Assembly (NCBI RefSeq): GCF_001194135.2
Contig: NC_068986.1
Coordinates: 23,802,672-23,827,345 of the forward strand
DNA: 24,674 nucleotides
Reading direction: 5' to 3'
DNA from: Octopus bimaculoides
Lineage: Eukaryota
Every line of letters starts with the position of its first letter. Position 1 is the stretch's first letter. This document shows, one piece after another, positions 1 through 11,881 of this stretch. Both the position numbers and the translations under genes were made by a program. The notes beneath the pieces were generated by a model. The model had not been told where the DNA came from. It did no database searches and saw only the letters and a program-made list of their open reading frames with translations.

Positions 1-105
1 TATATATATGTATGTATGTATGTATATATATGTATATATACAATATACATATATATGTATAATAAATATATAATATATATATAATATATATACATATATA
101 TATGT
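1..105. repeat. (TA)n/(TATG)n compound microsatellite
   Basis: Directly visible. Confidence 0.95.
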
Positions 106-450
106 ATGTCTTCTTATCTGTTGTATTATCATTTAGCGTAGCAGGAACTTCATACATCGTTGGTCAACTGGGGAGCATCCTGGGTCCCAACAGTTACAAC
201 TAGATTTAGCTCTTGGTATTGACCTCATGCAATGATACTCTTTATATTGAAGCAGCAGCTATATAATAATTTCACTGAATGCTTATAAGATTTTTACTGT
301 ATCTCTGAGTTACTGGAAAGTTTTTGTCTAGGAGAGACAGGAATCTTTTACCTATGTTAGTTTATATATTAAGTGAAAAGGGAGGGATGACCCAAATGAA
401 TTCCCTTGTCCTATTTATAATAGGATGGTAATTCAAGAGATAAGAAGCCT
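101..450 (-). mobile_element. Decayed Penelope-like retroelement (PLE) fragment, RT-to-GIY-YIG endonuclease linker region
   Basis: Minus-strand translation across frameshifts gives NRTREFIWVIPPFSLNI*TNIGK / RFLSLLDKNFP / KHSVKLLYSCCFNIKSIIA / SCNCWDPGC / YEVPATLNDNTTDKKTYI. These follow the order of the PLE motifs R.R.IIWFNPP.S.NV.TNIGK.FL.L.DKHFP, VKLSYSCMPN.KSII, CNC and the start of GIY-YIG (K.YIG). Stops and frameshifts show it is inactive. Confidence 0.85.
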
Positions 451-522
451 ATAAGAATAATACTGTAATAAACTAATTTTGTATATGCATAACATAACTC
501 TCCATTGTTTTCTTTGATGTCA

Positions 523-616
523 TATATATATATATATATATATATANNNNNNNNNNNNNNNNNNNNNNNNNNNNNNNNNNNNNNNNNNNNNNNNNNNNNN
601 NNNNNNNNNNNNNNNN
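523..616. other. (TA)n run followed by assembly gap (N at 547-616)
   Basis: Directly visible. Confidence 0.98.
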
Positions 617-1181
617 ATATATTGTCTTGTTATTGTATTAATTTAGCAAGTCACACGTCTGCATTTTCTATCGTACCGCATGTGAAACTAGTTTCTATAT
701 CGGATATTTTGAATGCGTAGAAATAAATTTTACTTCGGGTCTGTTCATTCAGCTATATGTATTGCTTCTTAAATTGAATGCCTGCACCGTACGGATGTCT
801 CTTTTTATTCTATTCACGCCAGGTTCTAAATAACACATTAAAACACAAGCCGTAGACGAATAAACATAAGAAAAAACAGAAACCAGGACACAAATCATAA
901 ATTCATACACTTACAAATCCATTGACATACATAACCTCAAAACTACAAACACCCGTGTATTTTCCAGGCACCAAAAACAAATCAGGCAAATGAAATCTGT
1001 AAAAATTTGAACAATGAAAATAAAAAGTGTAAAGCGACAATATTTAAAGGTAGTCCATGACATAGACGATGATTTATAACATATAAATGAAAATATGTTG
1101 GAGAAATTGATATAATTTAAAGAGTTACAATAATATAAGAAAGAAAAAAATCAGATTCATTTGAGACTAATATATCATTTA

Positions 1182-1398
1182 ATGGTTGCAAAGTTTGGTA
1201 CAAAGCCAACAAGTCCTGAGGTACAAGGCCAACGAGTTCGATTATATTGACCCCAAAACTGAACTGATACTTATTTTATCGGATCCAAAATTATGCAAGG
1301 CAAAGTCGACTTCAGCGGAATTTGGACTCAGAAACGTTAGGATTGACGAGGGGCAACTAAGGTACTTTTCCAGTGTGCTAACGATTCTGCCAGACCAT
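1182..1398 (-). mobile_element. tRNA-derived SINE, diverged copy
   Basis: Reverse complement has an A-box-like head (tggcagaatcgttagca), a B-box-like gagtccaaattccgctgaagtcgactttgcc and the body gataaaataagtatcagttcag. It is homologous to the copies at 12159-12449 and 18281-18515. Confidence 0.85.
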
Positions 1399-1494
1399 TC
1401 TGTGAGTGTATGTGTGTTGACTGCACAATATCTTTTCAAGAGCACAAGTATATCAGTTTTTAGATCGCAAAATTCCCACAAAAGGACGTTTTTA

Positions 1495-1555
1495 AGTGCG
1501 TGTTTGTGTGTATATGTGTGTGCGTGTGTGTATACATGTGTGGGTGTGTGTAGGT
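1495..1555. repeat. Degenerate (GT)n microsatellite
   Basis: Directly visible. Confidence 0.9.
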
Positions 1556-1691
1556 GTGAATGTTATCAGGCCTAAACCTCAATTTTAAAAACATACTTCT
1601 TCATGTAAAAAGAAAAATATATAATCTACACAACGCATTAATTCCACAGATTAATCTTAAATATTTCACATTTCGATATAAACACAAACAT

Positions 1692-1694
<3 letters not shown>

Positions 1695-1726
<32 letters not shown>

Positions 1727-1825
1727 TGTGTGTTTATATATACACACATATGTGTGTATATATATATATCTATGCACGCATGTATATTTGTATGTATATA
1801 TGTATGTAAATATGTATGTGTGTGT
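1695..1825. repeat. (CA)n/(TA)n/(TATG)n compound microsatellite
   Basis: Directly visible. Confidence 0.95.
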
Positions 1826-1879
1826 ATGGTTATGTAAAAGAAAAACCTTTCGGAATAATTAAATATCGAAGCAGGAAAT

Positions 1880-4580
1880 AAAATTCTAATGGTCAAATCC
1901 AAAATTTTCAAGAATTTAATCTATTGAAATCTAAACCATTGGTCAAATTATTCACTCAGATAAAAGTAATTCATATAAGAATGTGAACAAGTTGAAGTAA
2001 TTCCAAACGAAACCGAATCGCTTGTCTCTACCTTTTTTTTAACATGAAACCTTCTTCTCCAATCACCAAAGAAAGTAAATATATTTACCAAAAATCAAAG
2101 TACGTTATCAGAAAATGGAAGACTTTTGCTTCCAACATTATTTAATATCACAGCTAAAAGTCTCTCTTGATCGTTGATGAACTTGATTAAAAAGGTGCAG
2201 TTATACTACAAATGCTTACGTCCTGATAAATATAGACAATGGATCTTTAAATATCTTGGGTAAGGTTACGACTTACGAATGAAGAAGAAATTGCTGTCTT
2301 CTGATCTCTTATGTTCAAAAGTTTATTTGTTAATTAAATAGAAAGAGTGAACCGGAATAATGATTCGGTTACAAATCTTATATCAAATCAAGATTCTTCG
2401 TAGAAACCGCCGTATGTCAACAGAAACTAACGTGGAAAGTAGGTTCTATATTTCAACATTATTTTATCTTCCTTTCAAACAACGAATGCATGTGCTTGTC
2501 AAAAATGTTATTCATGCTAATGAATGTGCGTGTGTGTATGAAAAAGATACGTCCTGTTCAAAGTTGCTCTTACATTGAATACGATACTGAAGTATCTGAT
2601 ATTAAATTTTAAAAAAAACACCCAGCAAGAGTGTCTCTTTGTGTATTATCCACGACAAATAGAAATGTCAACGACTGATTAAGCAGAGCCGAGTTCCGAT
2701 GTGGTCTTCGGTGTGTTACATATGAATATATTGAAATGTTTGCATGTTTGTTGGTTTCTAGTATTGAACTGGGATTTGCATGCTATATTCCATACAGAGG
2801 ATTGCATCGCAATACTTGTAGTATAATTCAACAAGCTCATGAACTGGTGTAAAACAAAAAGGGTAAAATATCAAGTATTGAATTCATAATAAATACATCT
2901 AAATTTTCATAAATATTTATTCTAAATATCGGTTTCGTATTGTACGAAGTTGGATTCAACGTTGGCTTTGCAGTGGTAATTATGGCATCAACTATCTCCC
3001 GAAAAAATGAAATGAAATGTTGGCTTCAGAACGTGAAATAGTGAAATGGAATATTGTAATGAATATGATTTCGCTTATTTAGATATTAGCTGGCCAATTG
3101 CAAATTACCCTTGCTTTAATGTGGAAGGAGAGAAACAAAGAGTATAGCTTCGAAAGGAGTAATACTAAAGGAGTTATATTAAAATATAGAATGCGTTAAT
3201 AGATACTTTGAAGAAGGATAACTAAAATGTGGTTTGTGTGTCTGCGGTAGATTTTATGAGAATACAAAATACATGAATTTTGCCGATTCAAAACTGACAA
3301 ATATCATTCGACATAGTTTTCCTTATATCTATATTCACTCCAGAGCTTAACCAATGCTCATTGCTTTTATAACATTCTTTGGACATTCCACACGTTACCT
3401 GTTTACGATCATCCGGGTGTGAGCGCAATTTAATGTTGAATACATTGATTCTTAAGCAGTAGTGTCTACACAGCTATCCACGACCAATCGAAAAGCACTG
3501 CACATTATAGCGATATGATCAATTGTGACTTCATCATGTGTTTAAAACATGGAAACTTTTATGGATTAATATACGACAATGTATCAGGTACACAACATAC
3601 AATTTTAGGTTTCTTTCGAATTGAGACAAAGTCTCAGTTTATTGAGGGCAGAAAATTACAATTTATGATGTTAACGTTCATCAAAGGGATAATACAAATT
3701 TAGCAAATGAAATACAAATGATACAACTCTGAAGTTGCATGCCGGTGGCTTGCATCTGATTATCAGGAGATGTGTACATGAGTGTTGGCATTATAATGGT
3801 AAATAGCAACGAGAGTATACCTCGTCTTTTTGTCGCCGAAATTCAGTGAAATATTCAATACGACCTATCTGATATATGTTTATCCTTGTTGAAATAAACA
3901 TTGTATAACACTGAAAATTTAGAACGCCGAGAAAATTCCAGTTTCTATTAAGTAGAATCTCGTTTGCTTCGTCTGACAACTAACCTCTTCACAAAATATT
4001 GAGAAAAAATGAAGGGAGACTATGTTTAATAGATCTGCCGTAAATACCTGCCATGTGTACAAGTGTAATGTATATGAATCTATTCACCCATATTCGTTAG
4101 TTAAAATATATTATCTTTAATTTCTGTTGAGCTTATCATGATAGCATTGATTTATATATGCCTCTTTTTCAGCCAGTAATGGTCGACACATAATGTTGGC
4201 TTTTATCAGAGGATGAGCTGGTATCGTATTCAAATTTTATCTCTCATTCACTTAATTCTTAATAATTCATAGTTAATCTGAAGCTTGTATGTATATTTCT
4301 ATAACTAGCTTCAACGATTCTCGATTGGTTTTTGGCTAAAATAGATTTCTGTGTTATATGAACATAGAAATATTTCTTAATGAACAGAAGACAATTCAAC
4401 GTTAGTCAACATAACTCCACCAAGTGTATCTTTCACTGATCTCTGTTCTTAAATAGATGTGACTTCCTTAACCCCCACTCATGAATATTGGAGACTATGT
4501 GTAGTTTCAGCTGTTCCACCTTCTGAATAGATAATGAAGCGGTTATCAAATCTTAGACGATAAGAAATTCATAGTAAAGC
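1880..4580. repeat. Copy 1 of an old tandem duplication unit (~2.7 kb)
   Basis: Collinear anchors: aaattattcactcagataaaagt (1945) ~ 4899 ~ 6574; cggttacaaatcttatatcaaat (2366) ~ 5285; tattagctggccaattgcaaattacccttgctttaat (3084) ~ 5935 ~ 7632. The ungapped block 3563-3669 vs 8459-8565 has 78/107 identities by hand count. Boundaries are approximate. Confidence 0.85.
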
Positions 4581-4839
4581 TGACATTTCTGGCTTAAGAT
4601 GTCAGCTAATATTGTGATATTATTAAACTGGTACGGTATTGTATGCCGTATCACTGTACTCTTTATACGAAATTATGAGTTGACAAAAACTAAATATTTT
4701 ATGAATAGGGAGGTGTGGCTCTGTCTTTGTCAAAGCACACATACACTGCGACGATGCGGTCATTGTGTATCTATACCGCCTTTTATAGGTAATAAAAAAA
4801 TCGATCTGGTCATTGTGTATCTAAACGTGTAATGCAATT

Positions 4840-6350
4840 TTAATAATGAAAAGCAATATTTTCGAGATATTAATCTGCTGAAATTTAAACTATTGGGAAA
4901 ACTATTCACTCGGATAGAAGTGATTAATATTAATATGTGACTACGTGATAGAATTCCATGCCAGAGCAAACTACAACATTTTACTTATTCTAACACGAAA
5001 ACGTTTGTTTCCCGGTGTTATTGTAAAAGGAAACAAATGTGTTTGCTTGACACAGAACACGTTACCAGAAAACATTGGATTGTATCATTATTTACTATCA
5101 CAGCTAAAACTCACTGTTGACGAACAGGTATGATTATGCAGCGAATAAGTGTCATGATAGATATTTACAATGCAGGTTTAAAGATCTAGAGCCAGGTTAT
5201 TGTGTACAGATAAAGAATAAATCTCTTACATTCAAAAATGTATTTCTTAATAACGAATCAGAAATAGTGTACCAATATATTCATCGGTTACAAATTTTAT
5301 ATCAAATTAAGTTTCTTTGCAGACGTCTCAGTCTGATAAAAGAAAATAGCATGGAATGTAATCTTTTTTTTAGAAAGTGGGTGATTCTCTTTGTCACAAA
5401 TGTTGTTTATGCTAAGGATTATAATCTCATGAAATTAAAATCTTATTCTGTTCAAAATTACTCTTAAATCGAATGCAATATTGAGTGATCGAACGTTAAA
5501 TTAAAAAAATATCGACAGGAATGTGAGTTTTTATTACCCTCGATAAATAGAAAAGTCAGAGATTGATTCAAGACAGCCGAGTTTCGAGAGATGTAGTTTA
5601 CAGTATGTAACGTATAAACGCATTGAAATGCAGGTATGTTTCTTCGTTTTTAGTTTTGAACTGAGAATTGTATAATAATTTTACATACAGAGAATTGCAT
5701 TTCAATACTTGTAGCATATCCAAACTATTTTCATGACCTGATATATAACAACAGGGGTAAATTACTGACAATTGTATACATGATGCATAGCTCTACATTT
5801 CTTATTGAACGGTGTTGATTCAGCTTTGGTTGACTAGGGGCAATTTTTGCGCTGATTCTCTCCGGAAAAGATGAAATGTAAGGTGGAGTTTAGAACGTGA
5901 ATTATTAATGAATATATATCGGCGTTCATTTAAATATTAGCTGGTCAATTGAAAATTACGCTTGCTTTAATATGTAAGGAGAGAAACATCAAATATTTTG
6001 TCTTAAGAAAACATTGCATTTACTTAAGTATACGCTTTGCTTTAATAATTATCTATCCAATAAACATTCACTAAAAAGGATGTTTCACATATTCATTTGG
6101 AATTTATGCTTCACTTTAACAGCAAGGGTTCTATATTTTATTGAAATAACAGTAAACAATCCAGGTGATATAAAAATCAAAATCTCAGTGATTAATGAAT
6201 AAATTATGACTATCCTTTTCAAGTAATGATGGAATAAAATGCATATTCTAGGAGTTGTGAAAAATGTTAACCGTCATTCTGAAGTACATGGTTATAAAAG
6301 TTGCTCATGATGAATAGCATGATACTTTCTCTCCTTTTATACATACAGGT
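4840..6350. repeat. Copy 2 (right-truncated) of the tandem duplication unit
   Basis: Same anchors in the same order and orientation as copy 1. tgatactttctctcc near 6320 matches copy 3 near 7986. No match seen to the copy 1 segment 3300-4580. Confidence 0.85.
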
Positions 6351-6509
6351 ACACAACCACACTCATATTTATACCCGTTAAGTTTGTGTACGAGAAACGT
6401 AAACATGAATATGCATATAAAAAGTCTTATTTTATTATGCCGTTAACAGCCCAATGATACCAACTGCCAATAGAAGTATTTGGGGTTTGCACCGAGCTGT
6501 ACCGATCTG

Positions 6510-9345
6510 TATTCTAATTAATAAAAGCAATATTTTTAATAGGATTTATCCCCTCAAATGCAAGCCAGTAGTTAAATGATTCACTTGGATAGAAGAGTTG
6601 AAAAGGTGATGTATTTCTGTGTGAATGTAATTCGCATTTTTACTTATTCTAGCATGAAATTTGCTTCTCCAATCTATTAGAAATAAAGAGAATATATTCG
6701 TTAGTCAGAGCACGTTATCAGGAAAGGAACGCCTTTTGATTCCAGCATTATTTAATATTATAGATGAATATCTCTGCCGATGAAAGTAGTTAAACAGGCG
6801 TGGTTATACCATTTATGCATACACTACGATAAATATATTCGATGTATTTTTAAATATCTAGTGTAAGGTTATGATGTACGAATAAAAATTAAATTGCAGG
6901 CTTCATACGTTTTAGGTTCGCAAATTAATTGCCTAATAATAATAATAATAAAAAATAAAGTATCAGAATGTTCTACATTTACTAATTTAATATTAAATCA
7001 AGTTCATTCACATGAGCGTCGACAAGAAAATAATCTCCAATGCAGCTTTCACATTTCATTTCGTTTATCCTTACTCAAAAATTCTCTCTTGTGTAGGTTA
7101 CAAATATTATGTAATCTAAAGTATAAATATAGAATGTAAACACACGTTATTCAAAATTACTGGGAAATCTAATACAACATAGACTGAGCCAAGAAATCAC
7201 CTTTTATTAAGCATGTAGCTGTAGAATGGTGTGTTATTGGCCAAAATATAAGAAAGTCTGATGAATGATTCAAGAGAGCTTTATTCTTCAGTGTAAAGTA
7301 TTTTTATGTAATGTATGTTTGTACGTATGTAGGATCCAGGTTTCTAGTGAAGTGCTTCTGAAACAGAGTTGTGTTGCAATGTTTGTTGTGTATTTGAATA
7401 AAGCACGACCTCATATTCAGCTCTAAGGTACCATATAATTTCATCAATATTATGAAGATAACTTTAGTATCGCCCGAAGTCGGATGCAAGTCCCGTTGAA
7501 CAATGGCAATTGTTGCGTTGATTCTTTCTCAGAAAGATGAAAAATTAGGTTAACTTCAAAATGTGGAATACTGAGATTTCATATTCAGTCTTCTTTCTCA
7601 AAATGATTAATATTACCCTACCACATTCAAATAACAGCTGGTTATTTGAAAAATATCCTTGAGCTAATGAGTGAAAATATATATCAAATATCTAAAATAA
7701 TAGAAAATCATTGCAGAAACTTGAAATGCATTCTTAGCTTTAACAATGTATCCATTTAAAAGACAGCCACAGCTCTTTATTTAGAGATCGTTTCTCACAT
7801 ATTTTCCCAACCCCCAATACGTTATTGAAAGTATATAAATCACAGTCTAAGATCTTAAAACATCAAAGTTTAAGGCTTTTATTTATAAATTATCAATATT
7901 CTTGCAGATAATAATTTAAAGAAATTTGCTACAGCAGATGAAGTATAAAACAATGATAAAACTACTAAAGTTGAATATAAAATGTGATACTTTCTCACTT
8001 CATGTATATACGTGATATAAACAAAAATTATATCTTCAAAAGAGTCGGCAATTTTCCATTTAAAAGGAACTGAAACATTAATTTTGCTTAGAAGAAAGCT
8101 AAATTAATGGGTAATCTAACTCTTTTGTCTACAGAAGATTTTCTGGGAAAATTAGATAGTTGATTTTTGTATATTTCAACATCTGGCATTAAGCTACATT
8201 ACAAATTAATTCATATACTTTACCATGTCCAATCTCACTGGAGGTTTAATCAGCCTCGTTGCTTTTGCTACATTCTCGGAGCATTACATACGCTACCTGG
8301 TTACGAGAACCCATATTTGTGAGCATATTTCAATGCCGTAGTTATTGATTCCTAAACAGTAGCGTCTACACATGTACCAACAACTAATAACCACACCATA
8401 TCATATCGATAAGATCAAATGTGACTTCATCAAGTGATTAATATACAGAAAATTTTATGGATTGATATAAGGTCGTGTATGAGTTACACAATATGCAATT
8501 ATTGATATCTTTCAAGTAGGCACATAAGTTCGGCTTATTGAGGACAGTAAATTACGTTTTATGATCACGTTTTTCAAAGGGATAATATCAATTTAGTAAA
8601 TGAAGTACTGATGATACAGTTTTGAAATAGTTTGCCGGTAGCCTTCATCTAATTTTCAGAAGGGAATTTCTATGTGATCGCTAGGATTATAAATTTATTT
8701 CAGTAAATAACCACCAGAGAATTCTGTTCTTTGTGTTTAGCTCACTGGGCGTCACTAAAATATTGAACACAACCCACTCGATATAGTCTCCATCCTTGTA
8801 AAGGAAAACATTTTAACACATGCAAAATTGGGAACGATTTTTGCATAATCCAGTTTAATTTGAACTTATTAGTATATGCTACCTAACTTCTATTTTCAGC
8901 AGTAATTACAAACAATAAAGAACATCGTTATATCGTTGCCCAGTTTGCTATAAAAAGCTGTCAACTTCTCTTGAAAGTTCACTACAATCGATTGGACATT
9001 GCTAAATTCACTACATCTGAGTGAAATATAAAATACTGATTATTATTACTGGAACACATTTTATTATAAACTTTCTTAATAAAGAATAATGTGTCTTGAA
9101 TGGCACAACAATGCACTATAATAACAAAAATGGACTATAATAACTAGTGTAATTTAATCCTCCATAGGGTGTAGTTTGAGTGATGATATTTGATTGCTAT
9201 CTCTAGTGGGGTAAGAGACCATGTAGAGGCTCTCTTGCTAACTTACGGAGACATGCTCTTTGATTATGCTGTCCACTATCCTCATTAATAATATTGAATC
9301 TTTATAATGGTATATGTCACATTTTGACGAGATATATCATTAATT
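6510..9345. repeat. Copy 3 of the tandem duplication unit
   Basis: Matches copy 2 at 6510-8010 (e.g. ggcaattgttgcgttgattctttctc ~ ggcaatttttgcgctgattctctcc). Matches copy 1 at 8230-9345 (e.g. ttttcagcagtaat ~ tttttcagccagtaat, and ggagacatg..gctgtccac ~ ggagactatg..gctgttccac). Confidence 0.8.
9160..9230 (-). repeat. Unnamed dispersed repeat, core-motif copy inserted in unit copy 3
   Basis: Reverse complement ccactagagatagcaatcaaat..ctcaaactacacccta shares the core seen at 20907, 21115, 21661, 22150 and 23560. Confidence 0.55.
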
Positions 9346-9451
9346 GAGTTGACTACAGTACATGAATAGGACCTAGTTCGTATATTTATGACAAGTAAAA
9401 TCACCCTCTGTACGGCTTGAACTCAGAGCACGAAGAACTAATAGTTCTATT

Positions 9452-9472
9452 GCAGCAGCAGCAGCAGCAGCA
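9452..9472. repeat. (GCA)7 trinucleotide repeat
   Basis: Directly visible. Confidence 0.95.
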
Positions 9473-11680
9473 TAATTCAAATGAAGGAGAAACTAATTTT
9501 ATGTAATACTTCTTCGACGCCTTTCACAACTCCGATACGCTACCAATAGAAACGACCACTCAGTAGGAATGAAATCAATATATGAAAAAAATAAATTGCT
9601 GTTTTAAAGAGGGTTAATTTAATTATATTTCATATATATAAATGTTTGAAAGAAATGCCACTGAGTGTGGGGGAAGGGGGTATTCAATAAGATCGTGAAT
9701 TTAAAAAAAATTAGCGGTCAATAATTATATGTGACAAGCATTATTTCATTAGTTCCGTTTCTAAATAGTTTTCTAGAATTTTTCAAGCTACGCGATTCCA
9801 ATCATCTACTTACTGCAATTTGTAAAGGTAATTTCTTCACTAGTTCAAAGTTTACCATAAGTTATTCTACCTGTTTCTTTAGTTCGACAGCGAGTTTTAA
9901 TAAAGAACTGAATATATATTTAGTCTTGCAGAGAAAAATAATACGAAAAACATTAAATTTTATGAACTGTATGACCTTAGTAATTTAGTTTATTTAACAG
10001 AAAGCATATGGAAACGTAATTTGTGTTCAATTTTTGCTGAGTTATTTTTGTTGTTATGTTAATTCAATTCTTTCCTGTCAACATTTACATTCATAATTTT
10101 CTTCAAATAATTTTCTTTACATTGCAAAAAATTTAAATAGTAAGCAAGAATTAACAGTTTGGAATTTCAATGTTGAATAAAATTTCTTTTTCTAAGGTTT
10201 TCAAAAATTGTGATTGAATTTCCAGACGTGAACGCATTTGGTTAACAACTGGCGTTGATAATTAAATTTAAAAAATAATAAAATGAAGTATTTTGACAAA
10301 GAATTTTACAAAAGAATAAATATAATTCGTTTACATCGATTTCAAAGTAAAATTTTATTAAAAGTATTGGGAAAGTGTTTCTTTAGAGCCCCGATATCAT
10401 CTATTCATTTCTATCAAATGTTTCTATTATTATCGAATTCGATTTTTACAATTTGCTATGAAACAGCAAATTAAAGGAAAATCGAATGACTTCAATTAGA
10501 ACTGTGGTTGCAGTTGTTCCTAAAATTTGTTAAATTGACTTGTAGGTCAGATAATTATAGTCTAACAGGAAAAAAGAATCTATTGTTAGTGGCTACACAT
10601 CTATTTATCAAGCAAGAATGCACCAAGTCATCTTTTCCGAGTATGTTTAGTTGGAGAATTTGAATAGCGAAAAGAATGAAGTGTTTAAAATATTTTTAAT
10701 GCTATTACTCCGAAAAGCTAATTAGAATTACGGGTATGAAATAAAAGAATAGTGCACATGAATGGAAATGTCTTTTCGAAGGTAATTCTGTAATTCTCTA
10801 TGTTCGCTTCAGTCGTCTTTTGTCGCCAATATTTTAACCTAGATGACGAGGAAAATGATGAATATTAATAACCAATACAACAGAAATTGATTAAAATAAA
10901 ATACATTCAGAATGTAATAAATAAAATAACTCAAATATCAATAGAGTACAGTACTGCCTTGAAGTGTGCCAAGATGACTGCATCAGGATAAATTGCCCAC
11001 ATTGATCACTCTATGCATTCCTTCACCTCGAGTAAATGAGATTTGTCTAACTTGACGCAGAGGTATCTGTTCATTCACCTGAGTGCTGTATCTAAATTCT
11101 TATAACATCGATTGTAACCTCTCAAGAGGTTAATAAGAAATCGGTTTTTAGATACGGTAAATCTGAGCAGACAAAAACAAATCAAATTTATAGAGAATAT
11201 AACTTTGAAAAACAAATGAAGGCAATCTAATTGTTTCATTTGATTGTTGTCTTCTTAAAAAGAGATAAGATTCATTAACAACGTTCAAGAATTCTGTTTT
11301 TCGTTAGCGATAAATGCCTTATCGAATTCTGCAATACTTTATCACTACATAAATAGTCTCTAAATTACATAAGACTAACTATGGCACTGTCTGTTGCAGA
11401 AAAAATATAGTAATGTTATGTTTCTTCTAAAATACAGACTTAATTCTATAACCGAATGTCTATACCATTTTATAGCCTCCTGAAATCTTGTTTGATTATT
11501 TCAGCTTCTTTACCTCATATGTAGTGGAAACAAATAAATAAATAAATAAGCGGTATTCATTATATTACTGTTCGTGGTGGGGTTAAGGGACAAAAATACT
11601 GACAGGAAAAAATAAGAATTTTATGAGGAAGTATAACTTTTGTTAATTGTATTGACCCGAGCAATTTGAATGGAAATGAA

Positions 11681-11881
11681 GCTGTGTCGTAAGTAGCTTG
11701 CTTACCAACCACATGGTTCCNNNNNNNNNNGCTGGTGTGTTTACGTCCTCGTAACTTAGCGTTTCGGCAAAAGAGGCCGATAGAATAAGTACTAGGCTTA
11801 CAAAGAATAAGTCCTGGGTCGATTTGCTCGACTAAAGGCGGAGCTCCAGTATGGCCGCAGTCAAATGACTGAAACAAGTAA
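11681..11881 (+). mobile_element. tRNA-derived SINE of a second family, interior lost in a 10-N gap (11721-11730)
   Basis: Head gtaagtagcttgcttaccaaccacatggttcc, then 3' body gctggtgtgtttacgtcc..gatagaataagtactaggcttacaaagaataagtcctgggtcgatttgctcgactaaaggcgg..gtcaaatgactgaaacaagtaa. It resembles a very abundant octopus SINE as I recall it. Confidence 0.8.

Noticed and set aside
1186-1575. ORFs 1186..1575 and 1242..1481
   Set aside because: They overlap a SINE and a (GT)n tract, and show no protein-family signal
3480-3720. LRR/GRL101-like look in another minus frame (NVNIINCNFLPSI..CCVP..CFKHMMKS)
   Set aside because: Stops are conserved between copies and no 7TM or TIR domain is recoverable downstream; chance resemblance is likely
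3660-3770. Minus-strand KPPA...YYPFDE (copy 1) and YYPFEK (copy 3), resembling the Cys-loop of nAChR-like or chemotactile receptors
   Set aside because: Both loop cysteines are absent in both copies, the PPA-to-YPFD spacing is 4 residues too long, stops are shared between copies in this frame, and no TM1-TM3 follows
1880-9345. Idea that the unit uses an alternative genetic code (shared TGA read as Trp) or is a NUMT
   Set aside because: Shared TAA stops remain in the same frame, and no mitochondrial gene motif is recognisable
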